Below, one piece after another: positions 35,970 to 48,428 of a stretch of 64,000 nt of DNA. The notes beneath the pieces are model-generated. The model saw only the letters and a program-made list of their open reading frames with translations, was not told the DNA's origin and made no database searches. Origin of the DNA: Ranitomeya imitator (Eukaryota); assembly GCF_032444005.1 (NCBI RefSeq), contig NC_091282.1:1109614001-1109678000 (forward strand), read 5' to 3'. Every line of letters begins with the position of its first letter. Position 1 is the first letter of the stretch. A program made the position numbers and the translations under genes.

Positions 35970-37003
35970 ATTGAATAGATAATACACACGCGCTACCTCA
36001 AACAATAAGTAAGAACCCTCAGCTGCAAGGAAACAAGGCAGGGAGGTGCCACCCCTGTCAATAAACTACCAAGAATAATGAAAGCAATTGAATCCGCGCT
36101 GAAAGGGTAAAGCAGATGGAATAATTATAACCGTGAAGAGCTAATGTGATATAGGGACACACAAAACATGCTATACTTGCCTACACACCCCCACCTATAG
36201 CAGAACAATCCCACCTCGAATCAACCGGGACCGGAGCCTGAACTAGTAGCCACACTGATACTGATGAACACATGGAGGGACTCACCAGCAGGAGATGTAG
36301 CGCCGTATATCGTGGTGGGTGCAGTCCAGTCAGGAAAGGAGGATCCGGCGTGTGGAGACGCTTGCGGGAAGGTGGGCAGGCAGAGGTGATAAGCCGCAAT
36401 GCAATAGAGCAGTACGGAGGCTGCGTAGAGCCAGGGAAAGCCCCGGCCGGTGGCGTCCCTGGATACGAGCGGGAAAGGGAAAGTAGCTGGCACAGGGCTC
36501 AGTGTGTGACGTCACAAAGTTAGTACGGGGCAGCGCAGAGACCAAAAGCCAACGCGTTTCGAAGGAGTGGCGTCCTTCTTCATCAGGGTTACCGGTCTCT
36601 CGATGCACCTGGACATATAAGCCCCAAAGATGTCAAGCTACCACTGTCTAAACTGACACATAAACAATTAAAGGCTTGCTTTTATTGTTTATGTGTCAGT
36701 TTAGACAGTGGTAGCTGTATTGTCCCCATTTTAACGAGTATAGTACGTTCATAATTTAAATTGGTATAGTACATCCATACTTTTATATATATTTATAAGT
36801 TTTTTCAATTAATACTTTTACACTTGTCCGTGTACCATATTTTATCAGCATTTTCATTTTCATTTCTATCCATGGCAATGCGGTTTTTTGTGGCTCCGCA
36901 ACTAGTATTATTATAGCAGTCACCAGCACAATGGGTTAAATGGGCAGGCTTGCAACTTTGATTGACATCTTTGGGGCTTATATGTCCGGGTGCATCGAGA
37001 GAC
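35970..37003 (-). mobile_element. Penelope pLTR-like remnant 5 with a hammerhead and nested inverted repeats
   Basis: Hammerhead at 36546-36590; 42-bp inverted repeat 36595-36636 / 36962-37003; 33-bp palindrome arms in 36636-36716. Confidence 0.65.
36546..36590 (-). ncRNA. Minimal type-I hammerhead ribozyme motif
   Basis: aacc-CTGATGA-a-gaagga(cgccac)tccttc-GAAA-cgcgtt-ggctt: intact core, 6-bp stem II, palindromic ACGCGT, GUU triplet, weak stem I. Confidence 0.82.
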
Positions 37004-38947
37004 TTTTGAAATGCAGACTTTGATGGAATGGTCTGCGGGCGTCACGTTGCGTGTGCAGAGCCCCTGATGTGCCTAAACAGTAGAACCCCCCCACAAGTGA
37101 CCGCTCTTTGGAAACTAGACACCCCAAGGAACTTATCTAGATATGTGGTGAGCACTTTGAACCCCCAAGTGCTTCACAGAAGTTTACAACGCAGAGCTGT
37201 GAAAATAAAAAATCATGTTTCTTTTCTCAAAAATGATGTTTTAGCAAGCAATTTTTTATTTTCACAAGGGTAACAGGAGGAATTGGACCCCAATAGTTGT
37301 TGCCGAGTTTATCCTGAGTACACTGATACCCAATATGTGGGGGTAAACCACTGATTGGTCACACGTCGGGGCTCGGAAAGGAAGTAGTGACTTTTGAAAG
37401 GCAGACTTGATGTAATGGTCTGCGGGCGTCATGTTGCATTTGCAGAGCCCCTGATGTCCCTAAACAGTAGAAACCCCCCACAAGTGACCACATTTTGGAA
37501 ACTAGACCCCCCAGGGGAACTTATATAGTTATGTGGTGAGCACTTTGTACCCCCAAGTGCTTCACAGAAGTTTACAACGCAGAGCTGTGAAAGTAAAAAA
37601 AAACATTTTTCTTTCCTCAAAAATTATGTTTTAGCAAGCAATTTTTTATTTTCACAAGGGTAACAGGAGAAATTGGACCCCAATAATTGTTGCCCAGTTT
37701 GTCCTGAGTATGCTGGTACCTCATATGTGGGGGTACACCACTGTTTGGGCGCACGTCGGGGCTCGGAAAGGAGGGAGCACCATTTGACTTTTTGAATGCA
37801 AGATTGACTGGAATCAATGGTGGCGCCATGTTGCGTTTGGAGACCCCTGATGTGCCGTAACAGTGGAAACCCCTCAATTTTAACTCCAACACTAACCCCA
37901 ACACACCCCTAACCCTAATCCCAACTCTAGCCATAACCCTAATCACAACCCTAACCCCAGCACACCCCTAACCACAACCCTAACCCCAACACACCCCTAA
38001 CCCTAATCCCAACCCTAACCTTAATCCTAATCCTAATCCCAACCCTATCCCCAACACACCCCTAACCCTAAACATAACCCTAACCACAGCCTAATCTTAA
38101 CCCTATTTCCAATCCTAGCCCTAATTCCAACCCTCACCCTAAGGCTATGTGCCCACGTTGCGGATTCATGTGAGATTTTTCCGCACCATTTTTGAAAAAT
38201 CTGCAGGTAAAAGGCACTGCATTTTACCTGCCGATTTACCACGGATTTCCAGTGTTTTTTGTGCGGATTTCACCTGTGGATTCCTATTGAGGAACAGGTG
38301 TAAAACGCTGCGGAATCCGCACAAAGAATTGACATGCTGCGGAAAATACAACACAGCGTTTCCGCGCGGTATTTTCCGCACCATGTGATAGAACCTATCA
38401 CAGCGATCAAAATGTACCTGTAACGAATCTGCCGGCCGGCAGATTCGGCGGGCGCACTGCGCATGCGCCCACCATTTTGGAAGATGGCGTCGCCCATCGA
38501 ACAGACGGATGGACACCGGGAAGGACACAGGTCGGTAAGTATGAGGGGGGTGGTCATCGGACAGCGGGGGGTGCGGACAGGAGGACGGAGGGGAGCGGGG
38601 GAGAGCACTTGACAGGACGGAGGACCGGAGGTGAGGCGATCGGTGGCGGTGGGGGGGTCAGATCACGATCTCCAGCAATGGCTGATGCTATTGCAGCATC
38701 GGCCATGGCTGGATTGTAATATTTCATCAATTTTCATTGGTAAAATATTACTATCCAATCAGAGCGATCATAGCCACGGGGGGGTAAAGTACCACTCCCC
38801 CTGTCCCTGCAGGCCGGGTGAAATTACAGTTAACCCTTTCACCCGGCCTGCAGGAGCCCAATCCGGCCATGACGCATATGCTGCGTCACAGGTCGGATTG
38901 GCACAGGTTTTCATGACGCACACGGTGCGTCAAAGGTCGGGAAGGGG
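37004..38947 (+). mobile_element. TTAA/piggyBac-like non-autonomous element, 5'-truncated copy
   Basis: Ends ggtcgggaagggg|TTAA; shares the ~390-bp repeats, ccctaa-like tract and Harbinger MITE with 40144-44854. Confidence 0.8.
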
Positions 38948-39092
38948 TTAAAAGTGCCATGTGCCATACCAGAATTTTCCTTGAGTATTGGAGAAAGATT
39001 TGTGGCATAAAGCACGCCACAATTTAATATGAATTAGAGTAGACATGACCACACCATATGCTACCCCTAATTCTGCCCTGCACTCTATTTAT

Positions 39093-39256
39093 CAGTCCAT
39101 TAAAATCCATACAGGTCCGTATGAGTCCGTGCAGATTGTCCCTCATTCTAAGCTGCGGACACAGCTAGTATTTGCTGACTTTTGTTGGGACTCCTAGCCA
39201 CTGCGGGACCCAATCTGCATGGACTCATACGGACCTGTATGGATTTTAACGGACTG
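39093..39256. repeat. Small fold-back (MITE-like) with ~46-bp arms
   Basis: cagtcc(a/g)ttaaaatccatacaggtccgtatgagtcc(g/a)tgcagattg is inverted with 2 mismatches. Confidence 0.8.
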
Positions 39257-39279
39257 TCTTTTCTGGACTATTAAGAAGA

Positions 39280-39700
39280 CTCATTGGTCTCTTCCTGCAC
39301 TTTATATAACTCCCCTGATGGTTCTCCTCTATTGGAGTTGAAACGCATTGGGAGAAGAGAGACATTTAGGTTATTATTTGGTTGTTGGGTGTCCATAGCA
39401 GGGCTTACTTGGGGCCTGTCCTTGTCAGGACAGGAGCTCTTTCAGGGTTTACAGGGAAGACAGTGGTGGTATATCATTCCCTACCCTTGGCCCGATGTTT
39501 GTCTTGGAACCACCTCCCTTACAGAATTTGAGGGATTTCCTCTATATGTCCGTCTAAATTGGTAAGGCTGTTCCAATTTTTTATCTTGAGCACTGGTTCA
39601 CCTGAGCACGTTGTTTAGTGTCTATGTATGTGTTTTATTAGGATCCAGAGTATTTTAATTACATTTATTAAAGGTTATGTTTTAATTTAGTGGATATCCT
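39280..39700 (+). mobile_element. Penelope pLTR-like remnant 6 with a degenerate hammerhead (39310-39354)
   Basis: tccc-CTGATGG-ttctcc...ggagtt-GAAA-cgcatt-ggga; ends ttattaaaggttatgtttt, like the PLE 3 arm. Confidence 0.55.
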
Positions 39701-40779
39701 CCACAGCTATTTCCATATTGATCCTGAGGATATAGACACGGCTAGTTCCATTATATGCCTTAGCTATCTTTCATTGAAGATGGATGAAGCCAAATACAGG
39801 ACCATTCTTGAAGAAAACCGGTTCACAAACAATCTCCATCAAACGTCACTGAGCTCGAGCTGTTTGCCAAGGAAGAATGGGCAAGAATTTCAGTCTCTCG
39901 ATGTACAAAACTGATAGAGACCCAAGAAATACCCCAAGCGACTTGCAGCTGTAATCGTAGCAAAAGGTGGCGCAAAAAAGTATTAAGTTAAAGGGGACTA
40001 ATAATATTGCACGCCCAATTTTCAGTTTTTGAATTTCCACAAAAATTTAATATAAAAAAATAAATTTCGTTTAACTTCACTATTGTGTTCCACTTGTTGC
40101 TGATTCTTCACCAAAAATGTACATTTGGTATCTTTATGTTTAACCCCTTCATGACCCAGCCTATTTTGACCTTAAAGACCTTGCCGTTTTTTGCAATTCT
40201 GACCAGTGTCCCTTTATGAGGTAATAACTCAGGAACGCTTCAACGGATCCTAGCGGTTCTGAGATTGTTTTTTCGTGACATATTGGGCTTCATGTTAGTG
40301 GTAAATTTAGGTCAATAAATTCTGCGTTTATTTGTGATAAAAACGGAAATTTGGCGAAAATTTTGAAAATTTCGCAATTTTCACATTTTGAATTTTTATT
40401 CTGTTAAACCAGAGAGATATGTGACACAAAATAGTTAATAAATAACATTTCCACATGTTTACTTTACATCAGCACAATTTTGGAAACAAAATTTTTTTTT
40501 GTTAGGAAGTTATAAGGGTTAAAATTTGACCAGCGATTTGTCATTTTTACAACGAAATTTACAAAACCATTTTTTTTAGGGACCACCTCACATTTGAAGT
40601 CAGTTTGAGGGGTCTATATGGCTGAAAATACCCAAAAGTGACACCATTCTAAAAACTGCACCCCTCAAGGTACTCAAAATCACATTCAAGAAGTTTATTA
40701 ACCCTTCAGGTGCTTCACAGCAGCAGAAGCAACATGGAAGGAAAAAATGAACATTTAACTTTTTAGTCACAAAAATTAT

Positions 40780-42960
40780 CTTTTAGTAACATTTTTTTTA
40801 TTTTCCCAATGGTAAAAGGAGAAACTGAACCACGAAAGTTGTTGTGCAATTTGTCCTGAGTACGCTGATACCTCATATGTGGGGGTAAACCACTGTTTGG
40901 GCGCACGGCAGGGCTTGGAAAGGAAGGAGCGCCATTTGACTTTTTGAATCAAAAATTGGCTCCACTCTTTAGCGGACACCATGTCACGTTTGGAGAGCCC
41001 CCGTGTGCCTAAAAATTGGAGCTCCCCCACAAGTGACCCCATTTTGGAAACTAGACGCCCCAAGGAACTTATCTAGATGCATAGTGAGCACTTTGAACCC
41101 CCAGGTGCTTCACAAATTGATCCGTAAAAATGAAAAAGTACTTTTTTTTCACAAAAAAATTTTTTAGCCTCAATTTTTTCATTTTCACATGGGCAACAGG
41201 ATAAAATGGATCCTAAAATGTGTTGGGCAATTTCTCCCGAGTACGCCGATACCTCATATGTGGGGGTAAACCACTGTTTGGGCACACGGCAGGGCTCGGA
41301 AGGGAAGGCGCGCCATTTGACTTTTTGAATGGAAAATTAGCTCCAATTGTTAGCGGACACCATGTCGCATTTGGAGAGCCCCTGTGTGCCTATGCATTGG
41401 AGCTCCCCCACAAGTGACCCCATTTTGGAAACTAGACCCCCCAAGGAACCTATCTAGATGCATATTGAGCACTTTAAACCCCCAGGTGCTTCACAGAAGT
41501 TTATAACGCAGAGCCATGAAAATAAAAAATAATTTTTCTTTCCTCAAAAATGATTTTTTAGCCTGGAATTTCCTATTTTGCCAAGGATAATAGGAGAAAT
41601 TGGACCCCAAATATTGTTGTCCAGTTTGTCCTGAGTAAGCTGATACCCCATATGTGGGGGTAAACCACTGTTTGGGCGCACGGCAGGGCTCGGAAGGGAT
41701 GGCACGCCATTTGGCTTTTTAAATGGAAAATTAGCTCCAATCATTAGCGGACACCATGTCACGTTTGGAGAGCCCCTGTGTGCCTAAACATTGGAGATCC
41801 CCCAGAAATGACCCCATTTTGGAAACTAGACCCCCAAAGGAACTAATCTAGATGTGTGGTGAGGACTTTGAACCCCCAAGTGCTTCACAGAAGTTGATAA
41901 CGCAGAGCCACGAAAAAAAAAAAAAAAATTATTTTCTCAAAAATGATCTTTTAGCCTGCAATTTTTTATTTTCCCAAGGGTAACAGGAGAAATTTGACCC
42001 CAAAAGTTGTTGTCCAGTTTCTCCTGAGTACGCTGATACCCCATATGTGGGGGTAAACCACTGTTTGGGCACATGCCGGGGCTCGGAAGTGAAGTAGTGA
42101 CATTTTGAAATGTAGACTTTGATGGAATGCTCTGTGGGCGTCACGTTGCGTTTGCAGAGCCCCTGATGTGGCTTAACAGTAGAAACCCCCCACAAGTGAC
42201 CCCATTTTGGAAACTAGACCCCGAAAGGAACTTATCTAGATGTGTGGTGAGCACTTTGAACCCCCAAGTGCTTCATAGAAGTTTATACTGCAGAGCCGTG
42301 AAAATAATAAATACGTTTTCTTTCCTCAAAAATAATTATTTAGCCCAGAATTTTTTATTTTCCCAAGGGTAACAGGAGAAATTGGATCCCAAAACTTGTT
42401 GTCCAGTTTCTCCTGAGTACGCTGATACCCCATATGTGGGAGTAAACCACTGTTTGGGCACATGCCGAGGCTCGGAAGTGAAGTAGTGACTTTTGAAATG
42501 CAGACTTTGATGGAATGGTCTGCGGGCGTCACATTGCGTTTGCAGAGCCCCTGGTGTGCCTTGTAGAAACCCCCACAAGTGACCCCATTTTAGAAACTAG
42601 ACCCCCCAAGGAACTTATCTAGATATGTGGTGAGCACTTTGAACCCCCAAGTGCTTCACAGACGTTTACAACGCAGAGCCGTGAAAATAAAAAATCATTT
42701 TTCTTTCCTCAAAAATGATGTTTTAGCAAGCATTTCTTTATTTTCACAAGGGTAACAGGAGAAATTGGACCCCAGTAATTGTTGCGCAGTTTGTCCTGAG
42801 TATGCTGGTACCCCATATGTGGGGGTAAACCACTGTTTGGGTGCACGTTGGGGCTCGGAAGTGAGGGAGCACCATTTGACTTTTTGAATACAAGATTGGC
42901 TGGAATCAATGGTGGCGCCATGTTGCGTTTGGAGACCCCCTGATGTGCCTAAACAGTGGA
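40780..42960. repeat. Diverged ~390-bp tandem repeat, about 6 copies
   Basis: cc(t/c)gagta recurs at 40855, 41236, 41630, 42023, 42412 and 42795. Confidence 0.9.
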
Positions 42961-43110
42961 AACCCCTCAATTCTAACTCCAACACACCCCTAACCCTTAT
43001 CCCAACTGTAGCCGTAGCCCTATTCACAACCCTAACCCCAACACACCCGTAACCCCAACACACCCCTAACCCTAACCACAACCCTAATTCCAACCCAACC
43101 CTAGGCCTAA

Positions 43111-43456
43111 GGCTATGTGCCAACGTTGCGGATTCGTATGAGATTTTTCAGCACCATTTTTGAAAAATCAGCGGGTAAAAGGCACTGCGTTTTACCTGTG
43201 GATTTACCGCGGATTTCCAGTGTTTTTTGTGCGGATTTCACCTGCGGATTCCTATTGAGGAACAGGTGTAAAACGCTGCGGAATCCGCACAAAGAATTGA
43301 CATGCTGCGGAAAATACAACGCAGCGTTCCCGCGCGGTATTTTCCGCACCATGGGCACAGCGTATTTGGCTTTCCATATGTTTACATGGTACTGTAAACC
43401 TGATGGAACACTGCTGCGGATCCGCAGCGGCCAATCCGCACCGTGTGCACATAGCC
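43111..43456. mobile_element. PIF/Harbinger-type MITE (346 bp) with TAA TSD
   Basis: TAA|ggctatgtgc...gcacatagcc|TAA; a second related MITE starts at ~43467 and runs into the gap. Confidence 0.8.
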
Positions 43457-43795
43457 TAATTCTAAAGGTATGTGCACACGCTGCGGAAAACGCTGCGGTT
43501 CCGCAGCAGTTTCCCATGAGTTTACAGTTCAATGCAAACCTATGGGAAACAAAAATCGCTGTACACATGCTGTGGAAAAACTGCACGGAAACGCAGCGGT
43601 TTACATTCCGCAGCATGTCACTTCTTTCTGCGGATTCCGCAGCGGTTTTACAACTGCTCAAATAGAAAATCGCTGTTGTAAAACCGCATTGAAATGCGCA
43701 GAAAAAACATGGTAAATCCGCCATAAATCCGCAGCGGTTTAGCACTGCGGATTTGTCAAATCCGCAGCAGAAAAATCCGCAGAGGACCAGAATAC

Positions 43796-43968
43796 NNNNN
43801 NNNNNNNNNNNNNNNNNNNNNNNNNNNNNNNNNNNNNNNNNNNNNNNNNNNNNNNNNNNNNNNNNNNNNNNNNNNNNNNNNNNNNNNNNNNNNNNNNNNN
43901 NNNNNNNNNNNNNNNNNNNNNNNNNNNNNNNNNNNNNNNNNNNNNNNNNNNNNNNNNNNNNNNNNNNN
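43796..43968. other. Assembly gap (173 N)
   Basis: Direct inspection. Confidence 1.
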
Positions 43969-45597
43969 CCTTAGTGGGGAAAAAAAAAAATATTTTTTTT
44001 ATTGTCCCTACCTATGGGGGTGACAAAGGGGGGGGGGGTCATTTACTTTTTTTTTTTATTTTGATCACTGAGATAGGTTATATCTCAGTGATCAAAATTC
44101 ACTCTGGAACGAATCTGCCGGCCGGCAGATTCGGCGGGCGCACTGCACATGCGCCCGCCATTTTGGAAGATGGCGGCGCCCAGGAAAGAAGACGGACGGT
44201 CCCAGGGAGGCCAGGTAAGTATAAGGGGGGGGAGATCAGGGCACGGGGGGGCGTCGGAGCACGGGGGGGGGGATCGGAACACGGGGGGTGGATTGGAGCA
44301 CGGAGTGGGGGATCGCTGTGCGGGCGGGTGGATCGGAGCACGGGGGGGGAATCGCTGTGCGGGGGGGGATCGGAGTGCGGGGGGGTTTGATTGGAGCACG
44401 GGGGGTGTGATTGGAGCACGAGGGGAGCGGGCAGGAGGACGGGGGAGCGGAGCAGAGGACCGAGGGGAGCAGACCACAGATCGGGGGGCTGGGGGGGCGA
44501 TCGGAGGAGTGGGGTGGGTGCACATTAGTGTGTCCAGCCATGGCCGATGATATTGCAGCATCGGCCATGGCTGGATTGTAATATTTCACCATTTTTTTAG
44601 GTGAAATATTACAAATCGCTCTGATTGGCAGTTTCACTTTCAACAGCCAATCAGAGCGATCGTAGCCACGAGGGGGTGAAGCCCCCTGGGCTAAACTACC
44701 ACTCCCCCTGTCCCTGCAGGCCGGGTGAAATGGGAGTTAACCCTTTCACCCGATCTGCAGGGACGCGATCTTTCCATGACGCATATGCTGCGTCATGGGT
44801 CAGAATGGCACCGACTTTCATGACGCAGCGTATGCGTCAAAGGTCGGGAAGGGGTTAAAGCATGATATGTGGGAAAAGGTTGAAAAGTTCCTGGGGGCCG
44901 AATACTTTCGCAAGGCACTGTAGTTCCCACAGATCCATGTTAAGTAAAATTCTAGTCTCATCATATACTGGCATAACGTATTATCGAGTGCTTTAAAAAA
45001 ATAAAATTAATCAGAGCTTCTAAAAATGGATGCATTAGTTAAAAATATTAGAAAACTAGTCTTCTGTAATGCAATTTTTTAAAACATGTTTGGAATCTCT
45101 CAGTGATCATAAACTATAAACAAGGGACAGTCCTGTTATATATAATCCTACAAAAATAGACGTGTTAGACAGATGAGTTCAATTAGACAGCTCAGAGCCA
45201 GAAAATTTCTTGCATTATTCTAAGTAGTCATTAAAAAGTGAACATCTTAATCACTTCCCCCCAGTCAATTGTTGTCTACTGAAACAGAAGGCAAATAGTT
45301 CATATTCTCTCTACAAAATGAGCTTAAAAGACTTTAATAAACCATTGTTCACATCTGGGGTTACAGCCTACTAATCCTTTGCAGAACATATGTTTAAATG
45401 GCTTAAATCTGCATTTGATCCTTACTTCTATCTGAAGTAATATTTATCACGAGATACTTTTCCATTGTCAATTGAGAATAAACGGTGTGAAATAACTGAG
45501 TCAGTCTCTTATGTTGAACCTTCCAGATACTATTCAACATCCACAAATGATATATCTCAATGTTGTTTGAATATTATTATATAAGTCGATGCATTAA

Positions 45598-48300
45598 CCC
45601 CTTCACCCCTGAGCTTGTTTTCACCATCCTGACCAGGCAAAATTTTGCAATTCTGACCAGTGTCACATGATAAGGTAATAACTCTGGAACACGTCAACAT
45701 ATCCCAGTGATTCTGAGATTCTCTTTCTTGGCACTTTGTACTTTTAGTTAGTGGTAAATTTAGGTTGATCTTTATTTAACAAAATTTTGAAAATATCAGA
45801 ATTTTGACAAAAGATTTTGAAAAATGTTCATAGTTTTCATACTCCTGGCTAGTGGGCATGGCCTCACCTCGTATTCTTGTATTGAGCAAGGTTACGCTCA
45901 GTCTAGTGACGTGGCCGGCCAGTGGGCATGGCCGACTAGAGGGTGCAACCTCTCTTCATACAAGTGTATGGAGAGTAAGGGCATGCCCACCGCCCATGTA
46001 TAACTCATACATACCCTCTGGTATAAGGTCTGAAACCGATGAATCCCCACAGTGCACAGTGCATGCTCTGAGGGGATTCATAAGTTTGGAGTCACACACA
46101 GTGACTGGAGACTTATTGATTTGGACCAGACACCACTTTAGTCCTTAACGTGCTTCACAAAAATTATAACAATGTGGAAGAAAAAAATAAAATGAAATCA
46201 TGCGGTGCAAAGAGGGTGGTGAAACACATCCGTATGTGTTTCACCACCCTCCCTGCACCGCATGATTTCATGTGAATAAATCGCTTTTTGCTCAACACCG
46301 GTGAGTGCGCTGTTACTTTTCTTGTTCTGGATACTCTTATACAAATTGTTTTTTTCATGAAGCAGCACCCAGGTGGAGCTTGTATAGCGATTACTTTTTT
46401 CTATTGTGACTAAAGGCATATACGGTGTGGCATTCAATACCCCTGAAGCAGAAAGGGTTGCAATATTTCTGGACTGTGGACTTATAAAAAAATAAAATGT
46501 TACGTTTTCACATGGAAATGTTAAGGAATTCATCAAGTAGTGTTGTGAGCATTTTTGGCCTTCAGGCGATTCACAAAATTGTATAAAACTGAACTGAGTC
46601 AATGAAAAAATTATAATTTTTTTCCACAAAAGGTTGCTTTTGCCCCAATTTTTTCATTCTCAAAAGGGATCATAGAAGAAAACAAATGGTGCAATTTGTT
46701 TTACGCAATTTCTCATGAGTACGTCAATACCACACATGTTATTAAAAATTAATTTTGAGGCGCAGTGCAAAGCTCAGAAAGTAAGAAGCACCATATTCAA
46801 GTTCAGATTTTCCTAAAAAGGTTTCAGGGTGCCTTGTCACATTGGCACAGCCTCTGAGGTGCCAGAACAGTGGAACCCCATAAGTGACTCCATTTTACAA
46901 ACTGCACCCCCCAATGAGTTCATCTAAGGGTGCAGTGAGCATGTTGACACCACATGTGCCTCACAGAATTTTATTCCATTGGGCAGGGAAGAAAAAATAC
47001 CGGTAAATACATTTTTACTACTAAAAAATTGTTTTATCTCTAATTTTTTAATTTTTATACAGGCTACTAGAAAAAATGGACCTCACAGTTTGTTGTGCAG
47101 TTTCTGTTGAGTATAACAAACCCAAAATGTGATCAGGAAGTAATTTTAAGGCACAGCGCAAAGCTCAGATTTGAAGAAACGCCATATTATAGTGCAAATT
47201 TTGCTGTTATCTTTTTTGTGTGCCATGAGCCACTGGAAGAGCCCCATAAGGTGCCAGAACTGCCTAACAACCTATAAGTGACTCCATTTTACAAACTACA
47301 CCTCTTATCTAAGAGTGCAGTGATCACATTTACACTACAGGTGAGTCATAGAATGTTATACCATTGGGCAGTGAAGAAAAAAATGATTTAATTTTTAACT
47401 TAAAAGTTTTGTTTTAGCCCTAGGTTTTACATTTTTACACTGGTGTTAACCAAATGTTGTTACACAATTTCTACTGAGCATGGAAATTCCCCATATGTTG
47501 CTATACACTACTGTTTAGACACATGTTGAGACCCGAGAGGGAAGCAGCACTATTCAACTCCTGGAGCACAGATTTTCCTAGAATAGTTTGTGAACTCCAT
47601 AAACAGAGTCCCTAAGTGCAGAATTTCCTCTCAAGTGACCTGAGTTTGGATATTACACTCCTCTAGAAATGTATTTACATTTTATGTGTGTTTTCCAGAA
47701 ATGTGCCTCAAAGGATTTTGCAAAGTGAAAATTGCAAATCTGCCATTTTCATTTTCATTTACCCGTACATTGCAGTGCCTAGTACATTGCAGTGCCCAGT
47801 ATGCTGTAGTATCTGTACATTATGCCCAGCTTGTACTACTGGAGACATGCACCTGTAAATTAGGCGGGCTCTCATCACTACAGAAATGCCAAACATATGG
47901 ACGCCAAATATGGTTTAGGCACACCGGGCTGAAGAAGGGAGAGAGGCATTTGCATTTAGGAGTGCAGAATTTTCTGGATATTTTTTGGGAAGGTGAAAAG
48001 CCATAGTGCTTTTAAATATACCTTTTTTGTTGCCAGTTACATTGAAGTCCCCTATGTTTCCATTGACAGATGACGGACCTGAGTGTTGACTTGCTTTTCT
48101 GTGAATGGAGTTGAAGCTTTTATTGAATACATTATACATAACATTTTGGATTACATTTATTCTGTTCTCAATGCTGAGCACCTACATCTTGGTTTCCATT
48201 TAAATCTCTGCATGACATGTGTCACAGGGAAACCGCGACAGAGAGGGGCCAGAAAACTGCATTGTCTGGTTTCACAAACTCCTTCACTGGTTAGAAGGAA
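45598..48300 (+). mobile_element. Older TTAA/piggyBac-like element with degenerate internal repeats
   Basis: TTAA|ccccttcacc start; left end similar to 40144; repeated aagtgac(t/c)ccattttacaaact blocks; right end not found. Confidence 0.55.
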
Positions 48301-48428
48301 TTCACCAGCATATTTAACAGTGCAGGTTGAAGCTTCTGGAGCTTTCCTACTTGGACTATATCAACTGTCCAGTGTTGGCCACTCCCCTGTGCTATATTCA
48401 CTGGTGTGGCAAGCAAAAGGGTAACAAT

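Larger units (their letters stand above)
40144..44854 (+). mobile_element. Complete TTAA/piggyBac-like non-autonomous element (~4.7 kb, contains the N gap)
   Basis: TTAA|ccccttcatgacc ... ggtcgggaagggg|TTAA; no transposase ORF seen. Confidence 0.85.
39770..44920 (+). mobile_element. Tc1 3' remnant split by the TTAA element
   Basis: MDEAKYRTILEEN and LELFAKEEW remnants; the 3' UTR continues across 40140/44858 to ...ggccgaatactttcgcaaggcactg|TA. Confidence 0.8.

Noticed and set aside
43113-44858. ORFs of 100-210 aa around the gap
   Set aside because: They derive from palindromic MITEs and a GC-rich minisatellite, are open on both strands, and show no domain motifs.
45426-45555. Possible minus-strand exon (…WKVQHKRLTQLFHTVYSQLTMEKYLVINITSDR, gtaag donor)
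   Set aside because: The acceptor is poor, the peptide is unrecognised, and an open frame this short is expected by chance.
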